Numbered from the stretch's first letter, positions 29,300 through 40,571 are shown. The stretch is 64,000 bases of DNA from a virus (IMGVR_UViG_3300028920_000035:83623-147622), one strand, 5' to 3'. The notes: generated by a model from the letters alone, not told the origin. A program made the numbers and translations.

Positions 29300-29865
29300 A
29301 CACCACCTGGCCGATGCGGGATGTGGACATCAGGGAGCACCTCCACACGTTTCTCGCCCACTACTTCCAAGGTGATTCAACAGTTATAGACGAGTTGGGT
29401 ATCTGCCAGGGCCAGGTCAGGGTGGACGTAGCTGTCGTGAACGAAAGTCTGCACGGCTTCGAGATCAAGGCCGCTGCCGATACGTTGACGAGGTTAGATC
29501 GACAGATCGCCTACTATAGTCGCGTGCTGGACTACGCCTATCTTGTAGCCACTCCGAACCATTTGGCGGTAGCGCGGGACAAGACCCCCCTTTGGTGGGG
29601 TATCTACGAGGCTCGCATTCGGGGAGGCCAGCTGGAGCTACTCAGGCGTTGGGAGGCACACCCCAACCCTCACTTGGATGTCCGAGCCCTGGCCGAATTG
29701 CTCTGGCATCACGACGTGCTGGGGATGCTGCAACAGCGGGGGGCCTGTCGAGGGGTCAGGGGTAAGCCTCGAAGATTTGCCTGGGATCGTCTATGCGAGG
29801 TCTACGAGGTAAACGAGATCAGGAACGCCGTCAGAGCAAGACTTAAGGAAAGGGCATCCGCTTGA
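29296..29865 (+). CDS. sce7726-family PD-(D/E)xK-like protein
   Basis: IDELG..RVDVAVVNESLHGFEIKAAADTLTRL..Q..YYSRVLDY, WWGI, LAELLW. Confidence 0.8.
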   Translation: MNTTWPMRDVDIREHLHTFLAHYFQGDSTVIDELGICQGQVRVDVAVVNESLHGFEIKAAADTLTRLDRQIAYYSRVLDYAYLVATPNHLAVARDKTPLWWGIYEARIRGGQLELLRRWEAHPNPHLDVRALAELLWHHDVLGMLQQRGACRGVRGKPRRFAWDRLCEVYEVNEIRNAVRARLKERASA

Positions 29866-29892
29866 CCCTTGGGATCGGTGTATAACCATAAC

Positions 29893-30738
29893 ATGACCAT
29901 CATCAACAGCGGTACCCAGGAAAACATGCTCTACAGTGTATCCCGCTGGACAGACGCCCCTGGCACACCTGGTAAGTGGCGCTGGTTCAAGAACCAATTC
30001 CAGCAGGGGCACATGATGGCCGTAGACCCTCGAACAGCAGTACCCAGTCGCTGGAGCCTGGCTCCAGCGGACGTCCTAGGGTTCGTCTTCTGGACGCGGA
30101 AACCCGCGGCCTTGATTGAAGACCGGGCCCTCCTGGACCCCTACAGGTTCCATGTGCATTATACTTTGACGGGTTGGTCCGAAGTTGAGCACGGGGCCCC
30201 CGACATCCATGAAGGGTTGGAAGCTCTGGACCAGCTGGTCCAGGCATTTGGCCCTGAACGGGTGACATGGCGCTTCAGCCCGATCCCCACGGTACCGGAC
30301 GTGGTTGACCGTTTTGAGGTCATCGCCACGATCGCGGCTCTCCTGAAGCTGCCCGAGGTCTACGTTGCGTTTTTGCAGGAAAACGATTTGATGCAGGAAC
30401 CGAGGGAGCGGCACGAACGCGAGCAATTGCTCCGATCCATGGCCGCGCGGTCCCATGGGTTGAAGGTCAGGCTGTGTCAGGAAGACACTACTTTAACCAC
30501 TCACACGCTTGAACCGAGACTGCCTCTTCCTCGTAACCTTGACACAGGGGTGTGCGAGGATGGGAAGCGGTACTTGGTTCGGTCGTCAGTAGGCTCTACT
30601 TGTAAATTGCCAAAGGAATCATGTGGTTGTGCCTTGGCGGTCGACCCTTTCACCATCAACGAGTCATGCGGCATGGGGTGTGCCTACTGCTACGCTGCTG
30701 ATCGGAGCCTTGCTCCCCGCAAACGAAATACAACATAG
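29893..30738 (+). CDS. DUF1848-family (radical-SAM-like) protein
   Basis: SVSRWTD, FVFWTRKP, WRFSPI, CGC..., CGMGCAYCYA; CGGTG-TATAAC-6 nt-ATG upstream (29876). Confidence 0.8.
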   Translation: MTIINSGTQENMLYSVSRWTDAPGTPGKWRWFKNQFQQGHMMAVDPRTAVPSRWSLAPADVLGFVFWTRKPAALIEDRALLDPYRFHVHYTLTGWSEVEHGAPDIHEGLEALDQLVQAFGPERVTWRFSPIPTVPDVVDRFEVIATIAALLKLPEVYVAFLQENDLMQEPRERHEREQLLRSMAARSHGLKVRLCQEDTTLTTHTLEPRLPLPRNLDTGVCEDGKRYLVRSSVGSTCKLPKESCGCALAVDPFTINESCGMGCAYCYAADRSLAPRKRNTT

Positions 30739-30808
30739 GGTTCTACTTTTCTCGTGAATCGTCGTAAGATTGATCTAGAACACCCGAGAAACCGAGAGGG
30801 GGTACCTC

Positions 30809-31129
30809 ATGCAATCCACGATCGAAAGAGTAGGAGGCGGGAGAAGACCGTTGTCTCTGGAACCGCCACCGCCTGGAGACTCCGAGGACCTGTCGGACGT
30901 CGAGATCAAGAACGCCGTCGACACTCGTGACCGTCAAGACCTAGCCCAACGCATCGCCACTGCCCTACGCATCATCGGACCCGAGGGGTCCGAGTGCGCC
31001 TTTACGCTGAAGGGCCATGAACTACGGCGACGCAACCACCATCTCTATTGGCGTGTCCGCCTAGTCTCCCCAGAAGAGCCAGAGAGGGTGCTGGTCTTCC
31101 GGGCAGATTGGCTGAACGAACAGCAGTGA
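30809..31129 (+). CDS. Hypothetical protein
   Basis: 106 aa, GAGGGG SD. Confidence 0.55.
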   Translation: MQSTIERVGGGRRPLSLEPPPPGDSEDLSDVEIKNAVDTRDRQDLAQRIATALRIIGPEGSECAFTLKGHELRRRNHHLYWRVRLVSPEEPERVLVFRADWLNEQQ

Positions 31130-31168
31130 CCTTGATGGCCTGGCCAGTCAGGACTATACTTCCAGGAC

Positions 31169-31588
31169 ATGGCCGACAACAACTGCACTCAAGAACCAGG
31201 TACCTGTAGTGGCGATGCCAGCCTTGGTGACAGCTTGAACACTGTCCCGGAGTGCAGCACTGAGGGTGAGGTCTGCACCTTCTGCGATGGGGACCGCATC
31301 CACAACGTGTGGATCGAGGGAGGTGACCCAGAGACGGGGGAGGGTGGAGCCTGCCTGCTCGACACGATGGACCGCGACGAGATCATCTACGTCCTTCAGC
31401 GTGACGAGAGATCCCGCGCAGACCTGAGGCGGGTCACGACCAATCCCGAGCTGCTCGCGATGGCAGACGAGATCCCGCGCCTCCCAACGGCGGAGTGTGG
31501 GGACCAGCTACAGTCGAGCACCAACCAGAACAGCAATTCCATTCCTTTCTACTCCATCTTCCGTGGCCAGCCGCCTTTTGCTCAGTAG
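31169..31588 (+). CDS. Hypothetical Cys/acidic protein
   Basis: 139 aa; TATACT 8 nt upstream. Confidence 0.6.
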   Translation: MADNNCTQEPGTCSGDASLGDSLNTVPECSTEGEVCTFCDGDRIHNVWIEGGDPETGEGGACLLDTMDRDEIIYVLQRDERSRADLRRVTTNPELLAMADEIPRLPTAECGDQLQSSTNQNSNSIPFYSIFRGQPPFAQ

Positions 31589-31595
31589 GGGGCAT

Positions 31596-31913
31596 ATGAG
31601 CTCGGCAGCACGAAAGCTTAGGCGCAAGAAAGACTCGACCTCTCGGGATCCGGTACGAGCGCTGAATCAAGCCATATCTCAGCTCCAGACCATGGGAGGG
31701 CTGGATGACCTGGCCCAGGTGCCCCGGCACCTCGATGAGCTGCGACGCCTTCTGGAAACGCTGATTGATGACTACGAGGGTCTCAATCAGCGGCAGGAGC
31801 TTATCAGCCACCTACTGTACCACCTGTCCGGAACCTCTGGTGACAAGAAGGTGCATCAGTTACGAGGTCAGCTTCGGACGATGATGGGATCAGAATCGGA
31901 TGAAGGATCGTGA
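31596..31913 (+). CDS. Hypothetical coiled-coil protein
   Basis: ATG 31596 after AGGGGG; MSSAARKLRRKK. Confidence 0.55.
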   Translation: MSSAARKLRRKKDSTSRDPVRALNQAISQLQTMGGLDDLAQVPRHLDELRRLLETLIDDYEGLNQRQELISHLLYHLSGTSGDKKVHQLRGQLRTMMGSESDEGS

Positions 31914-32156
31914 ATGGCAAGGGAACTGGGGTCGGTCAAATCGAGGGTGAAACCCATAGCAAAACATCCCACGGGTCCAGCGGCGTGGAATGGGCTGTTG
32001 AAGAAAGTGATCCGGCACGTCGAGGTCACCGACCCGACGCGGGCGGCGTCCCTCAAAACGGCGCTAACCCAGGGGCGAGCGGAGAGGGCCCTCCGGCAGC
32101 TGGGCATCATCAGCGAGAAAGACATCGTACGAGAGTTCCCCTCCCGTACGAAATAG
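31914..32156 (+). CDS. Small basic hypothetical protein
   Basis: 80 aa, AAGGA SD, abuts the upstream stop. Confidence 0.5.
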   Translation: MARELGSVKSRVKPIAKHPTGPAAWNGLLKKVIRHVEVTDPTRAASLKTALTQGRAERALRQLGIISEKDIVREFPSRTK

Positions 32157-32504
32157 ACTTGCTCGAAACCGAGCTTCGACAGGCGTTTGAGACTGGAAAC
32201 CCTCAATTAGCTTGGGGATTGGTGCTCCAACTCGTGGAGTTGGCCCGCCAAGCCATGGACGAAGCCGGCAAAGCGCGCTTCAAGTCCAATCTAGGGACTG
32301 ACATCTGCCGTCACTGTACGGGATTGCAGGCTGGGCCCGGGGTGGAAGCTACCTGCTACCAGCTACAACGGTGTCATTTCACAAACTTGAGGAGCGATAA
32401 ATTAGACTCCCATCAGGCTATAGTTGCCCGACTCTTGGAGAGCGACCATTGGGCAGATAGACGGGGTTGACACTAACCCCCAACAGTGTTCTTTTTCGAC
32501 CCAC

Positions 32505-32538
32505 CTAACCCTTGTGTACAGCTAACCCTTGTGTACAG
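32505..32538. repeat. 17-bp tandem repeat (ctaacccttgtgtacag x2) directly upstream of a CGGTGTA motif
   Basis: Exact repeat, each unit containing palindromic TGTACA; CGGTGTA at 32547. Confidence 0.85.
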
Positions 32539-32607
32539 CCAAGGGTCGGTGTAAAGATCGATGAACCGACTGAGACCGCGCCGAATCACGTCAAGGAGCA
32601 GACGAAG

Positions 32608-33924
<1,317 letters not shown>

Positions 33925-33945
33925 TCCGGTGTAAGATCAGAAGAC

Positions 33946-34281
33946 GTGGGCAACCTACAAGCTGCATGCAGAGCGTACCTCAATAGCGAACTGAGGTACA
34001 CAACCCTCCACCACCGTCTGAGCGACTTGCTTGGCGAGAATGCTCACTTGCTCCTGGTGTTCCAGGTCGAGGAAGCCGCTCGTGACAAGGCCAGGGATGA
34101 TTTGCAGTGCCTAGCCTCCCAAGAGGGGGCTTCTCAAGAGGCGGTGGAGCGGCTGAGCCAGGCAATCTTACCAGCGGCACGGGAACGAGCAATCGAGACG
34201 CTAGGTAGAGACCACGGTCAAGAGTTTGTCCAGGAAGCTCTCGACGGTTGGGAACCCGACCTACAAGGAATTGGTAAGTGA
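33946..34281 (+). CDS. Hypothetical protein
   Basis: CGGTG-TAAGAT-8 nt-GTG (motif at 33927). Confidence 0.6.
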   Translation: MGNLQAACRAYLNSELRYTTLHHRLSDLLGENAHLLLVFQVEEAARDKARDDLQCLASQEGASQEAVERLSQAILPAARERAIETLGRDHGQEFVQEALDGWEPDLQGIGK

Positions 34282-34763
34282 AGGTCGGGGACGTCGTTGA
34301 GTACCAAAAGGTCTTGTACCGCGTTTTGCGGGCCAACCGCCTGGTGCACGCGATGGTCCTTGCTCCGTGGGGCTCCGACAACATCGAGGTCGCCGACAAC
34401 GACCCCGAAGTGAAGGAACTGCACAATCCTGCCGACAAGTGGCCCGTGGCCATCGTGATGCTTAAGCATCGCGCGGGCCCCATGCGTGAGGTGATGCGCC
34501 GGGGGAAGGCTTTGACGCCGCTGCTAGAGTGGATGCCGGGGGACCCCTTCCGTCCAGGAGGCGCCATCTTCCTGAATCCCGATCTACACCTGAAACGAGG
34601 CGAGGTCCTCACCGTTCGCCACCAGGACGGGACGACAAGCAGGGTCTCCATCAGCGCGGGGTTCGGGACCGTCGCGCAAAAGCGCAAAGGCATACTCAAG
34701 AAGCCCAAGCTCAAGCCCAACGCCTTCGATCGCATCTGGGCAGGTGAGGACGACGATGACTAG
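34278..34763 (+). CDS. Hypothetical protein with C-terminal PNAFDRI-acidic motif
   Basis: GTGA coupling; ends KPNAFDRIWAGEDDDD. Confidence 0.7.
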   Translation: MKVGDVVEYQKVLYRVLRANRLVHAMVLAPWGSDNIEVADNDPEVKELHNPADKWPVAIVMLKHRAGPMREVMRRGKALTPLLEWMPGDPFRPGGAIFLNPDLHLKRGEVLTVRHQDGTTSRVSISAGFGTVAQKRKGILKKPKLKPNAFDRIWAGEDDDD

Positions 34764-35388
34764 GCGTCTTCCCTTGGCAACTGAGCATGCCTTCTCTCAC
34801 GCCCGTCAGAGCCGCATAAGCGAGGTCTCGAGGTTCGAGGCCCAACTGCACCAGCAGCGCGCTGAAAAGACCTTGAGGACTACGTGCACACGCGGATGCC
34901 ACCATTGTTGCTACTACCCTATGACATGCTCCCTCCTGGAAGGGATCGAGCTGCACCATCACTTGAAGGGGAAAGGGTTGTGGTCAGCGCCGTTGCAGAA
35001 GGCGTGTGTGATGCATGTGGGCAAGACTTGGGCCCTCCCGCATCCGGTCTGGCTTCTGAGCATGATCCCCTGCCCATTGTTGCAAGAAGGGGAGTGCCTT
35101 GCCTACGACGCGCGGCCCGTCGATTGCCGCACCATTTGGGCCAAAGGGGACCCCCACTACTGCCACCCCCACCGGTTTTCGGTGGAGACCCCCTTCGTGG
35201 ACCGCAAGCAGGTGCAGGCAGAGGTGGCCCGGATCGATGATGCAGCCCTTCAGCGATATCGACTTGTATACATACCGCTCCCAATCAGCAAAGCACTACT
35301 GCTGGCCGAGGCTCTCGACCGCGGAGAGCTCGAACTGGAAGAGCTGGGGGCGAAGCTTTATGCTGACTACCAGAAGGCCCACCAATGA
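34756..35388 (+). CDS. YkgJ/CxxCxxCC-family cysteine-cluster protein
   Basis: CTRGCHHCC ... CPLL..GECLAYDARPVDCR. Confidence 0.85.
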   Translation: MTRRLPLATEHAFSHARQSRISEVSRFEAQLHQQRAEKTLRTTCTRGCHHCCYYPMTCSLLEGIELHHHLKGKGLWSAPLQKACVMHVGKTWALPHPVWLLSMIPCPLLQEGECLAYDARPVDCRTIWAKGDPHYCHPHRFSVETPFVDRKQVQAEVARIDDAALQRYRLVYIPLPISKALLLAEALDRGELELEELGAKLYADYQKAHQ

Positions 35389-35684
35389 AGCCCACCTGTG
35401 TCGTCTGCAACCAGCCCGTGGATATCGATCATTGTCAGCGCCTGCCGCTCAACAATGAGGAGCGATCAGTCATCCAAGCTGTCGAGGGAGTGGCTCCCCA
35501 GGAGCTATACTGCTGTCATCCGTGCTGGCGGGTGTTGCAGGACCCCAACGCCGCTAGCCAACTTATGAAGGGCATTTACCAGCAGTCAGCACAGCTAGCT
35601 GGCGTGCCCTCGCATGAAGCTGAACGGCAGGCGGACGTCTACCACGCCCGCCTGCTCGAACGCACCAAAGCAAGGAACACATGA
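35385..35684 (+). CDS. Small Zn-finger protein
   Basis: CVVC...CHPC; ATGA coupling. Confidence 0.6.
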   Translation: MKPTCVVCNQPVDIDHCQRLPLNNEERSVIQAVEGVAPQELYCCHPCWRVLQDPNAASQLMKGIYQQSAQLAGVPSHEAERQADVYHARLLERTKARNT

Positions 35685-36370
35685 AGCTCAATGTTGACCA
35701 AATACATCAGCACCTCGACCGCATTCGCCATAAGCAGGGGGAGGAAGCCTTCAAAAAGGCCAGGTGCAACTTCGCGCGGTCCCTGATCCTCGCTGAGGGT
35801 GGGAGTCAGTTCCTGTCGGATTCTCTCGGCTTCAAGCCAGACGAGCTGGCCAAGCTGGAGGCCGAAGCTCGGGAGATGATGGCGGCGAAGAGCCCCGAGG
35901 CTGCAATGTCGATGATGCTGAAGCAGCAGCTCCCTCACTGCAAGACACAGGCGCAGTTCAATCTCTTCATGGCAGCCTTCGAGGCTCTTCGGGCAGTCAT
36001 GGATGCCACCTTCGCAGGCAACGAGGTCACGGCGTCCAAAGCTCGTGAGCTGCTGAACCGTATCATCGACCAAGCTGCTGGGGTGACTCGGGCCGTTAGT
36101 CAGCTTGAAGACGAGCCTGAGGCCGCGCAGGGGGCGCTCGCCGAAGAGCTGAAGAAAGAGCCCATCGAGTTCCATGAGCATGACGAGCAGCGACAATTGC
36201 TTGCCGAGCTATCAGTGATCCAAGATCGGTGTGGGCTCGACCAATGGTATGCGGAGACTCAGTCTCGGAGGGAGGGGATTCGGGACCAGGCCCTGCGCAA
36301 TGAGCTGTACGACGAGATTCGGCGTAAAAGGGGCACCCTGACAGCAGTTTTTGGCAATCAGTCGAACTGA
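35681..36370 (+). CDS. Hypothetical helical protein
   Basis: 229 aa, AAGGA SD, ATGA coupling. Confidence 0.7.
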   Translation: MKLNVDQIHQHLDRIRHKQGEEAFKKARCNFARSLILAEGGSQFLSDSLGFKPDELAKLEAEAREMMAAKSPEAAMSMMLKQQLPHCKTQAQFNLFMAAFEALRAVMDATFAGNEVTASKARELLNRIIDQAAGVTRAVSQLEDEPEAAQGALAEELKKEPIEFHEHDEQRQLLAELSVIQDRCGLDQWYAETQSRREGIRDQALRNELYDEIRRKRGTLTAVFGNQSN

Positions 36371-36388
36371 CCGGTGTATTGGTCGGTT

Positions 36389-37174
36389 ATGGAAAAGGAC
36401 CGACTACTTTACACCATCTGCTACATTGATGTCGAGACCACGGGCCTCGATGAGGATGTGCATGAGATCACCGAGATAGGCGCCATTCGCGTGAACTACC
36501 CGCGAGACTTCTTCGACGGGGGCGAGCCCGAAGAGGTCAGCCGCTTGTCAGTCAAGGTCAAGATCAAGGGCGTCGTCGACCCCAGCGCAGGCTATCTGAA
36601 CCATTTCGACTCTGAGGTGTGGGCTACGGAAGGGGTCGAGCTGCACGAGGCCATGTACAAACTCTTCCCGCTCATCAAGGAGGCCAACCTTGGTGGTTGG
36701 AACGTGGACTTCGACCGACGACGCATCTGGAATGCTTTCCGTCGGTTCAACTGGCAGTGGCCCTCCGGAACCGGCCACCGTTTGCTGGACGTGCAGTCAC
36801 TCGCTCGACCTTTCATTGCGGCCTACTTCCGAGAGGAGAGGCACTTGCGCAAGATCCGGTTGGAGGAAGTAGCCAGAGCGATGAAACTCGTCGACCGCGA
36901 GAATGAAGACCAGCTGCACTCGGCTCTGTTCGACTGTGAGCTGGCTTGGAAGATCAACGACCTGCTGGCGCATGCCTACTACCGAGGAACTCTTGAAACA
37001 GGGTTGATCACTTTACCGTCACAATCGGCGACCCCTCTCCCAGTAGAAAATGTACCTGACCCTTCAGCCCCGCCCCCAGTAGAAAATGTACCTGACCCTT
37101 CAGCCCCTCCTGATCGGGACACCCTTGCATCCGGTCTTACACCAGTTGTAGGTAAGCCTGCGACACTGCCGTGA
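36389..37174 (+). CDS. DEDDh 3'-5' exonuclease (DnaQ-like)
   Basis: IDVETTG, EIGA, GWNVDFD, LDVQ, HSALFD; CGGTG-TATTGG-6 nt-ATG (motif at 36372). Confidence 0.9.
   Translation: MEKDRLLYTICYIDVETTGLDEDVHEITEIGAIRVNYPRDFFDGGEPEEVSRLSVKVKIKGVVDPSAGYLNHFDSEVWATEGVELHEAMYKLFPLIKEANLGGWNVDFDRRRIWNAFRRFNWQWPSGTGHRLLDVQSLARPFIAAYFREERHLRKIRLEEVARAMKLVDRENEDQLHSALFDCELAWKINDLLAHAYYRGTLETGLITLPSQSATPLPVENVPDPSAPPPVENVPDPSAPPDRDTLASGLTPVVGKPATLP
37039..37107. repeat. 36-bp-period tandem duplication (PVENVPDPSAPP x2)
   Basis: cccagtagaaaatgtacctgacccttcagcccc twice. Confidence 0.9.
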
Positions 37175-37310
37175 GGCCGCTCCCTTCCATTCAGAGGACT
37201 AGGCGTCCAGGAGCCACCTGGGTGGGGGCCTGTCCAAGGCCGTCTGCATCGGGTGTGGTTGTCAAGGTATTTGGTCAGCCACACAGCACCCAAAATCGGA
37301 CACAAGCGAA

Positions 37311-37324
37311 TGATTTTCTTGTGG
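37311..37324 (+). promoter_or_regulatory. T-rich YTRT motif (putative late promoter)
   Basis: TGATTTTCTTGTGG-13 nt-ATG; similar sites at 4659, 28515, 50251, 40581, 2833 and on the minus strand at 5727, 48197, 51987. Confidence 0.5.
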
Positions 37325-37337
37325 CCTCGCTTCATGC

Positions 37338-40300
37338 ATGGGTATCGCCGCGCGGGTTGCCGCTCGCTACAAGAGCAAGAAGACGACCGACAAGGGCAAC
37401 GTCATCTACGAGTATAGCACTGCTCAGGTCCAGCATCGCAACCGCGAAAAAGCTAAACGCCTGGAAAAGCTGGAGTCCAACGTCACCAAACTGCGGACTC
37501 AAGTTGAGAAGGACCTCAGCGCCAAGGACGTCAAGAAGCGGCAGACCGCACTCGCGGTGGGCCTCATTGATCATACGTTTGAACGAGTGGGGAACGATGA
37601 AAGCGCTGACGAAGGTCACTTTGGCGTCACCGGCTGGCAGAAGAAGCACGTCACGTTCTCGGGCGGCAAAGCGACCCTTCAATACATCGGCAAGTCGGGG
37701 ATCGAGCAGGAGAAGACCGTCACCGACCAGAAGCTAGTCACCGAGCTGAAACGGGCCGCAGACGCCTGTGGGGACGATTCAGACTGCCTGCTGGCGGATG
37801 TGAGCGCAGAGGACGTCAACGCCTATCTCAAGCCCTACGATGTGACAGCCAAGGACCTGCGGGGCTTCCATGCCAACCGGGTCATGCGAGAGAAGCTCCA
37901 GACCGCGCGCAAGGGTCAGCTTCCCAACGACAAGAAGAAGCGAGAGGAGAAGCTCAAGGCTGAATGGAAGAAGGCGCTTGAGGCCACGGCCAAAGCGGTG
38001 GGGCACGAGCCTTCAACGCTGGGTAACCAGTATCTCGTGCCGGGACTCCAGGACGACTTCATGAGGGACGGCGTGGTCAGCGAGCCCGGCAGCAAGACCG
38101 CAGGCGTCGTCAAGCTCGACCTCGCGTGGGTCGAGAAGATGCGCAAGGACTTCTTGACCCTGCTCAAGAACATCCCCCACATCAAGACCTTCAAGGAGGC
38201 CCATCGAGTCCGCGAGGGCCTTCGGGTCTACCGCGAACAGTTCGACAAGCTATTCCACGAGCGGTTCCTCCGGCACACCCTCAAGTACGACTACGAGGAC
38301 TACGGGATCAGCGAGGACTACGCCAAATACTACACCAAGCAGTTGGGTACTCCGTCGTGGGACTTCTACATCGCGCTGGCAGAGATGCCGATCGGCTTCG
38401 TGGACGACTACTGGGACGAAGACCGCCTGATGGCCCGCTTCACGCAGGAAGCCCCCAAGTGGGAGACTCGCCTCAAGCGCAAGGCCCAGAAGTTCTGGAA
38501 GGTACTCCGAGACGTGCTCCAGGACTTCAAGAACCGGGAGCGGGAGATCCAGGTCAAGACCCTGGACGTGGAACAGGTGACGCTCGAAGGGTTCCGCGTC
38601 CAGGTGCGGGGGTTCGACCCGAGCGACGACATTGACGTCGAGTCACTGGAGGTCTTCAAGAAGGGGCTGAGGATCTACCGACGCAACGCGGCGGCTCGCT
38701 ACCCCCGCTTGCTCAAGGACCAGGTGCCGATCGTCTACGACTGTGAAGTGAATCTGGACAAGGGCGGGACCTACAGTCACAGCGGCCTGATCACGTTCTA
38801 TGCCTCGGCGGTCATCAAGGAGCCCCCCGCTCGTGCCGCCCACATCCTTGCTCACGAGATGGGGCACCACGAGTGGCGTCTGCTCGATGGGAAGGCACGG
38901 GAGTTCTGGGAGACGGCCATCGCAGGCGACTACGGCGACATCGACCTAGCCGAAGTTGTAGCCAAGTGGCCCAGGGGGGCGTGGGCCTTCGACTTCACCA
39001 GGTACATGGCCGACACCGACCCTGTACTAGCCCTTCAGATGGAGGGCCTCGTCCACAGCCAGAACCACGAAGAGCTGAACACCAAGGAGGACTTCCAGGC
39101 CCTGTTGAGCAGCGGCCAGCGGACGCTGCGGGTGCCCAAGACGCCCATCACGGGGTACGCCAACAAGAACCCCCAGGAGGCGTTCTGCGAGGCTGTGGGT
39201 CTGCTGGTGGCCTACGGACCCCGGGCCCTCCACGAACGCGTACGCGGCTGGCTGGGCATCATCCTGGGCAACGAGGTCAAGGTCGCGGCCCGCGTGGCCG
39301 CCCGCTACCGCGCGGCCTTTGACGGCTCGACGCCGTTCGGACCGATGGACCCCGACAGCGTGATCAAGCGGGCCACCCTGGCCCATCGCGTGGCGCGCCG
39401 CTTCATCGCCGACAGCTACGGCGACCCGAAGACCTACCTCGACGCGATGACCGAGGCGCTCCGACGCTACCAGATGTACCGTGACCTCTTGCCGACGATG
39501 CGCAAGGCAGAGCGGTGGGTCGACCAGAACCCGGGCGTGCCCCCGGGCACCGCCCTGACGGGGGACGGCGAGCTGGACAAGGTGCTGCACAACTTCCGGA
39601 TGTTCCTCGTGAAGTATGCCTACGCCGTCCAGGCCATGTATCCGACGATGTGGCGCGCAGGCGGGTCCAAGGTCTTCCTTGCGCTGCTCCAGCAGTACAG
39701 CTTCTCCGACCGGCGCCTACGGTCAAGGGTCGAGCAGGGGGCCAAGTTCTATGGCAAGACACGCTCCAGGAAGCCTCGGCCCGCCCAGTCTGTAGCCGTC
39801 TTCGACAAGGCGTTCACCCAGTATCTGGAGCACCTCGAAACCATCCGCGATGCACTGAAGAAGGGCGTCCCTCATGGTGCTGAAGGTGCAGCCCAGGCGA
39901 AGATCCCCGCGGGCCCCTTCACCCTGGTCAACACGGGCGGCTTCGACGACAAGACGATGGATCTCGTCGCCAAGCTCGCCGTCAAGGCCGCGGGCCTGCT
40001 CAAGCAGCACGGGTACGGCCGTGCCGTCTACGGCGACATCCACATCAGCAACACGGTGGGGCGGTCGTCAAAGGTGTTGGCATTCTACTCGGTCAACACC
40101 GACGAGATGTTCGTTCGGGCCAACCTCAAGGGGAAGTTCGACAGCGCGCTTCACACCATCCTGCACGAGCTGGGGCACCGGTACGAGAAGTTCGTCGCTG
40201 CGAACGACATCCGCGCCATCTACCGCCGCCTGAGCAACCAAACGTCGGACCAGCGCCGGTCCTCCGACCTGAAGTACCCCAAGGAGGGGGAGACCGCCGT

Positions 40301-40571
40301 CGAGCGCGGCAAGACCTTCGTCGTGTCAGGCACCGAGTACACGGGACGTGGCGTCCGCGTGAATCTCAGGCTTCAGGACGACGCGACCAAGCAGTTCCAC
40401 ACGACAATCGACGGCTGGTACGCGATGACCGGCCAGGTCAGCCCCGCAGGCGCCTTCATCAGCAAGTACGCCCGCACGGACCCGAGCGAAAACTTTGCGG
40501 AGATGGTCGCCCACCACTGTCTTGGCACGCTGCCCCAGGAGCAAGTCGAGCTGCTCGAAGCGATCATCTGA
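37338..40571 (+). CDS. Polyvalent protein: type IB DNA topoisomerase plus two HExxH zincin-like metallopeptidase domains
   Basis: Topo IB: ERVGN, FGVT, YIGKSG, VNAYL, TAKDLR, VGH...NQYL. Then HEMGH...ITGYA..NPQEAFCE and HELGH...ISKYA..DPSENFAE. RVAARY motifs at the N-terminus and between domains. Confidence 0.85.
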   Translation: MGIAARVAARYKSKKTTDKGNVIYEYSTAQVQHRNREKAKRLEKLESNVTKLRTQVEKDLSAKDVKKRQTALAVGLIDHTFERVGNDESADEGHFGVTGWQKKHVTFSGGKATLQYIGKSGIEQEKTVTDQKLVTELKRAADACGDDSDCLLADVSAEDVNAYLKPYDVTAKDLRGFHANRVMREKLQTARKGQLPNDKKKREEKLKAEWKKALEATAKAVGHEPSTLGNQYLVPGLQDDFMRDGVVSEPGSKTAGVVKLDLAWVEKMRKDFLTLLKNIPHIKTFKEAHRVREGLRVYREQFDKLFHERFLRHTLKYDYEDYGISEDYAKYYTKQLGTPSWDFYIALAEMPIGFVDDYWDEDRLMARFTQEAPKWETRLKRKAQKFWKVLRDVLQDFKNREREIQVKTLDVEQVTLEGFRVQVRGFDPSDDIDVESLEVFKKGLRIYRRNAAARYPRLLKDQVPIVYDCEVNLDKGGTYSHSGLITFYASAVIKEPPARAAHILAHEMGHHEWRLLDGKAREFWETAIAGDYGDIDLAEVVAKWPRGAWAFDFTRYMADTDPVLALQMEGLVHSQNHEELNTKEDFQALLSSGQRTLRVPKTPITGYANKNPQEAFCEAVGLLVAYGPRALHERVRGWLGIILGNEVKVAARVAARYRAAFDGSTPFGPMDPDSVIKRATLAHRVARRFIADSYGDPKTYLDAMTEALRRYQMYRDLLPTMRKAERWVDQNPGVPPGTALTGDGELDKVLHNFRMFLVKYAYAVQAMYPTMWRAGGSKVFLALLQQYSFSDRRLRSRVEQGAKFYGKTRSRKPRPAQSVAVFDKAFTQYLEHLETIRDALKKGVPHGAEGAAQAKIPAGPFTLVNTGGFDDKTMDLVAKLAVKAAGLLKQHGYGRAVYGDIHISNTVGRSSKVLAFYSVNTDEMFVRANLKGKFDSALHTILHELGHRYEKFVAANDIRAIYRRLSNQTSDQRRSSDLKYPKEGETAVERGKTFVVSGTEYTGRGVRVNLRLQDDATKQFHTTIDGWYAMTGQVSPAGAFISKYARTDPSENFAEMVAHHCLGTLPQEQVELLEAII

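Noticed and set aside
37171-37737. 188-aa ORF bridging the exonuclease and the Topo IB gene
   Set aside because: It overlaps Topo IB out of frame and has low-complexity R/S/P composition.
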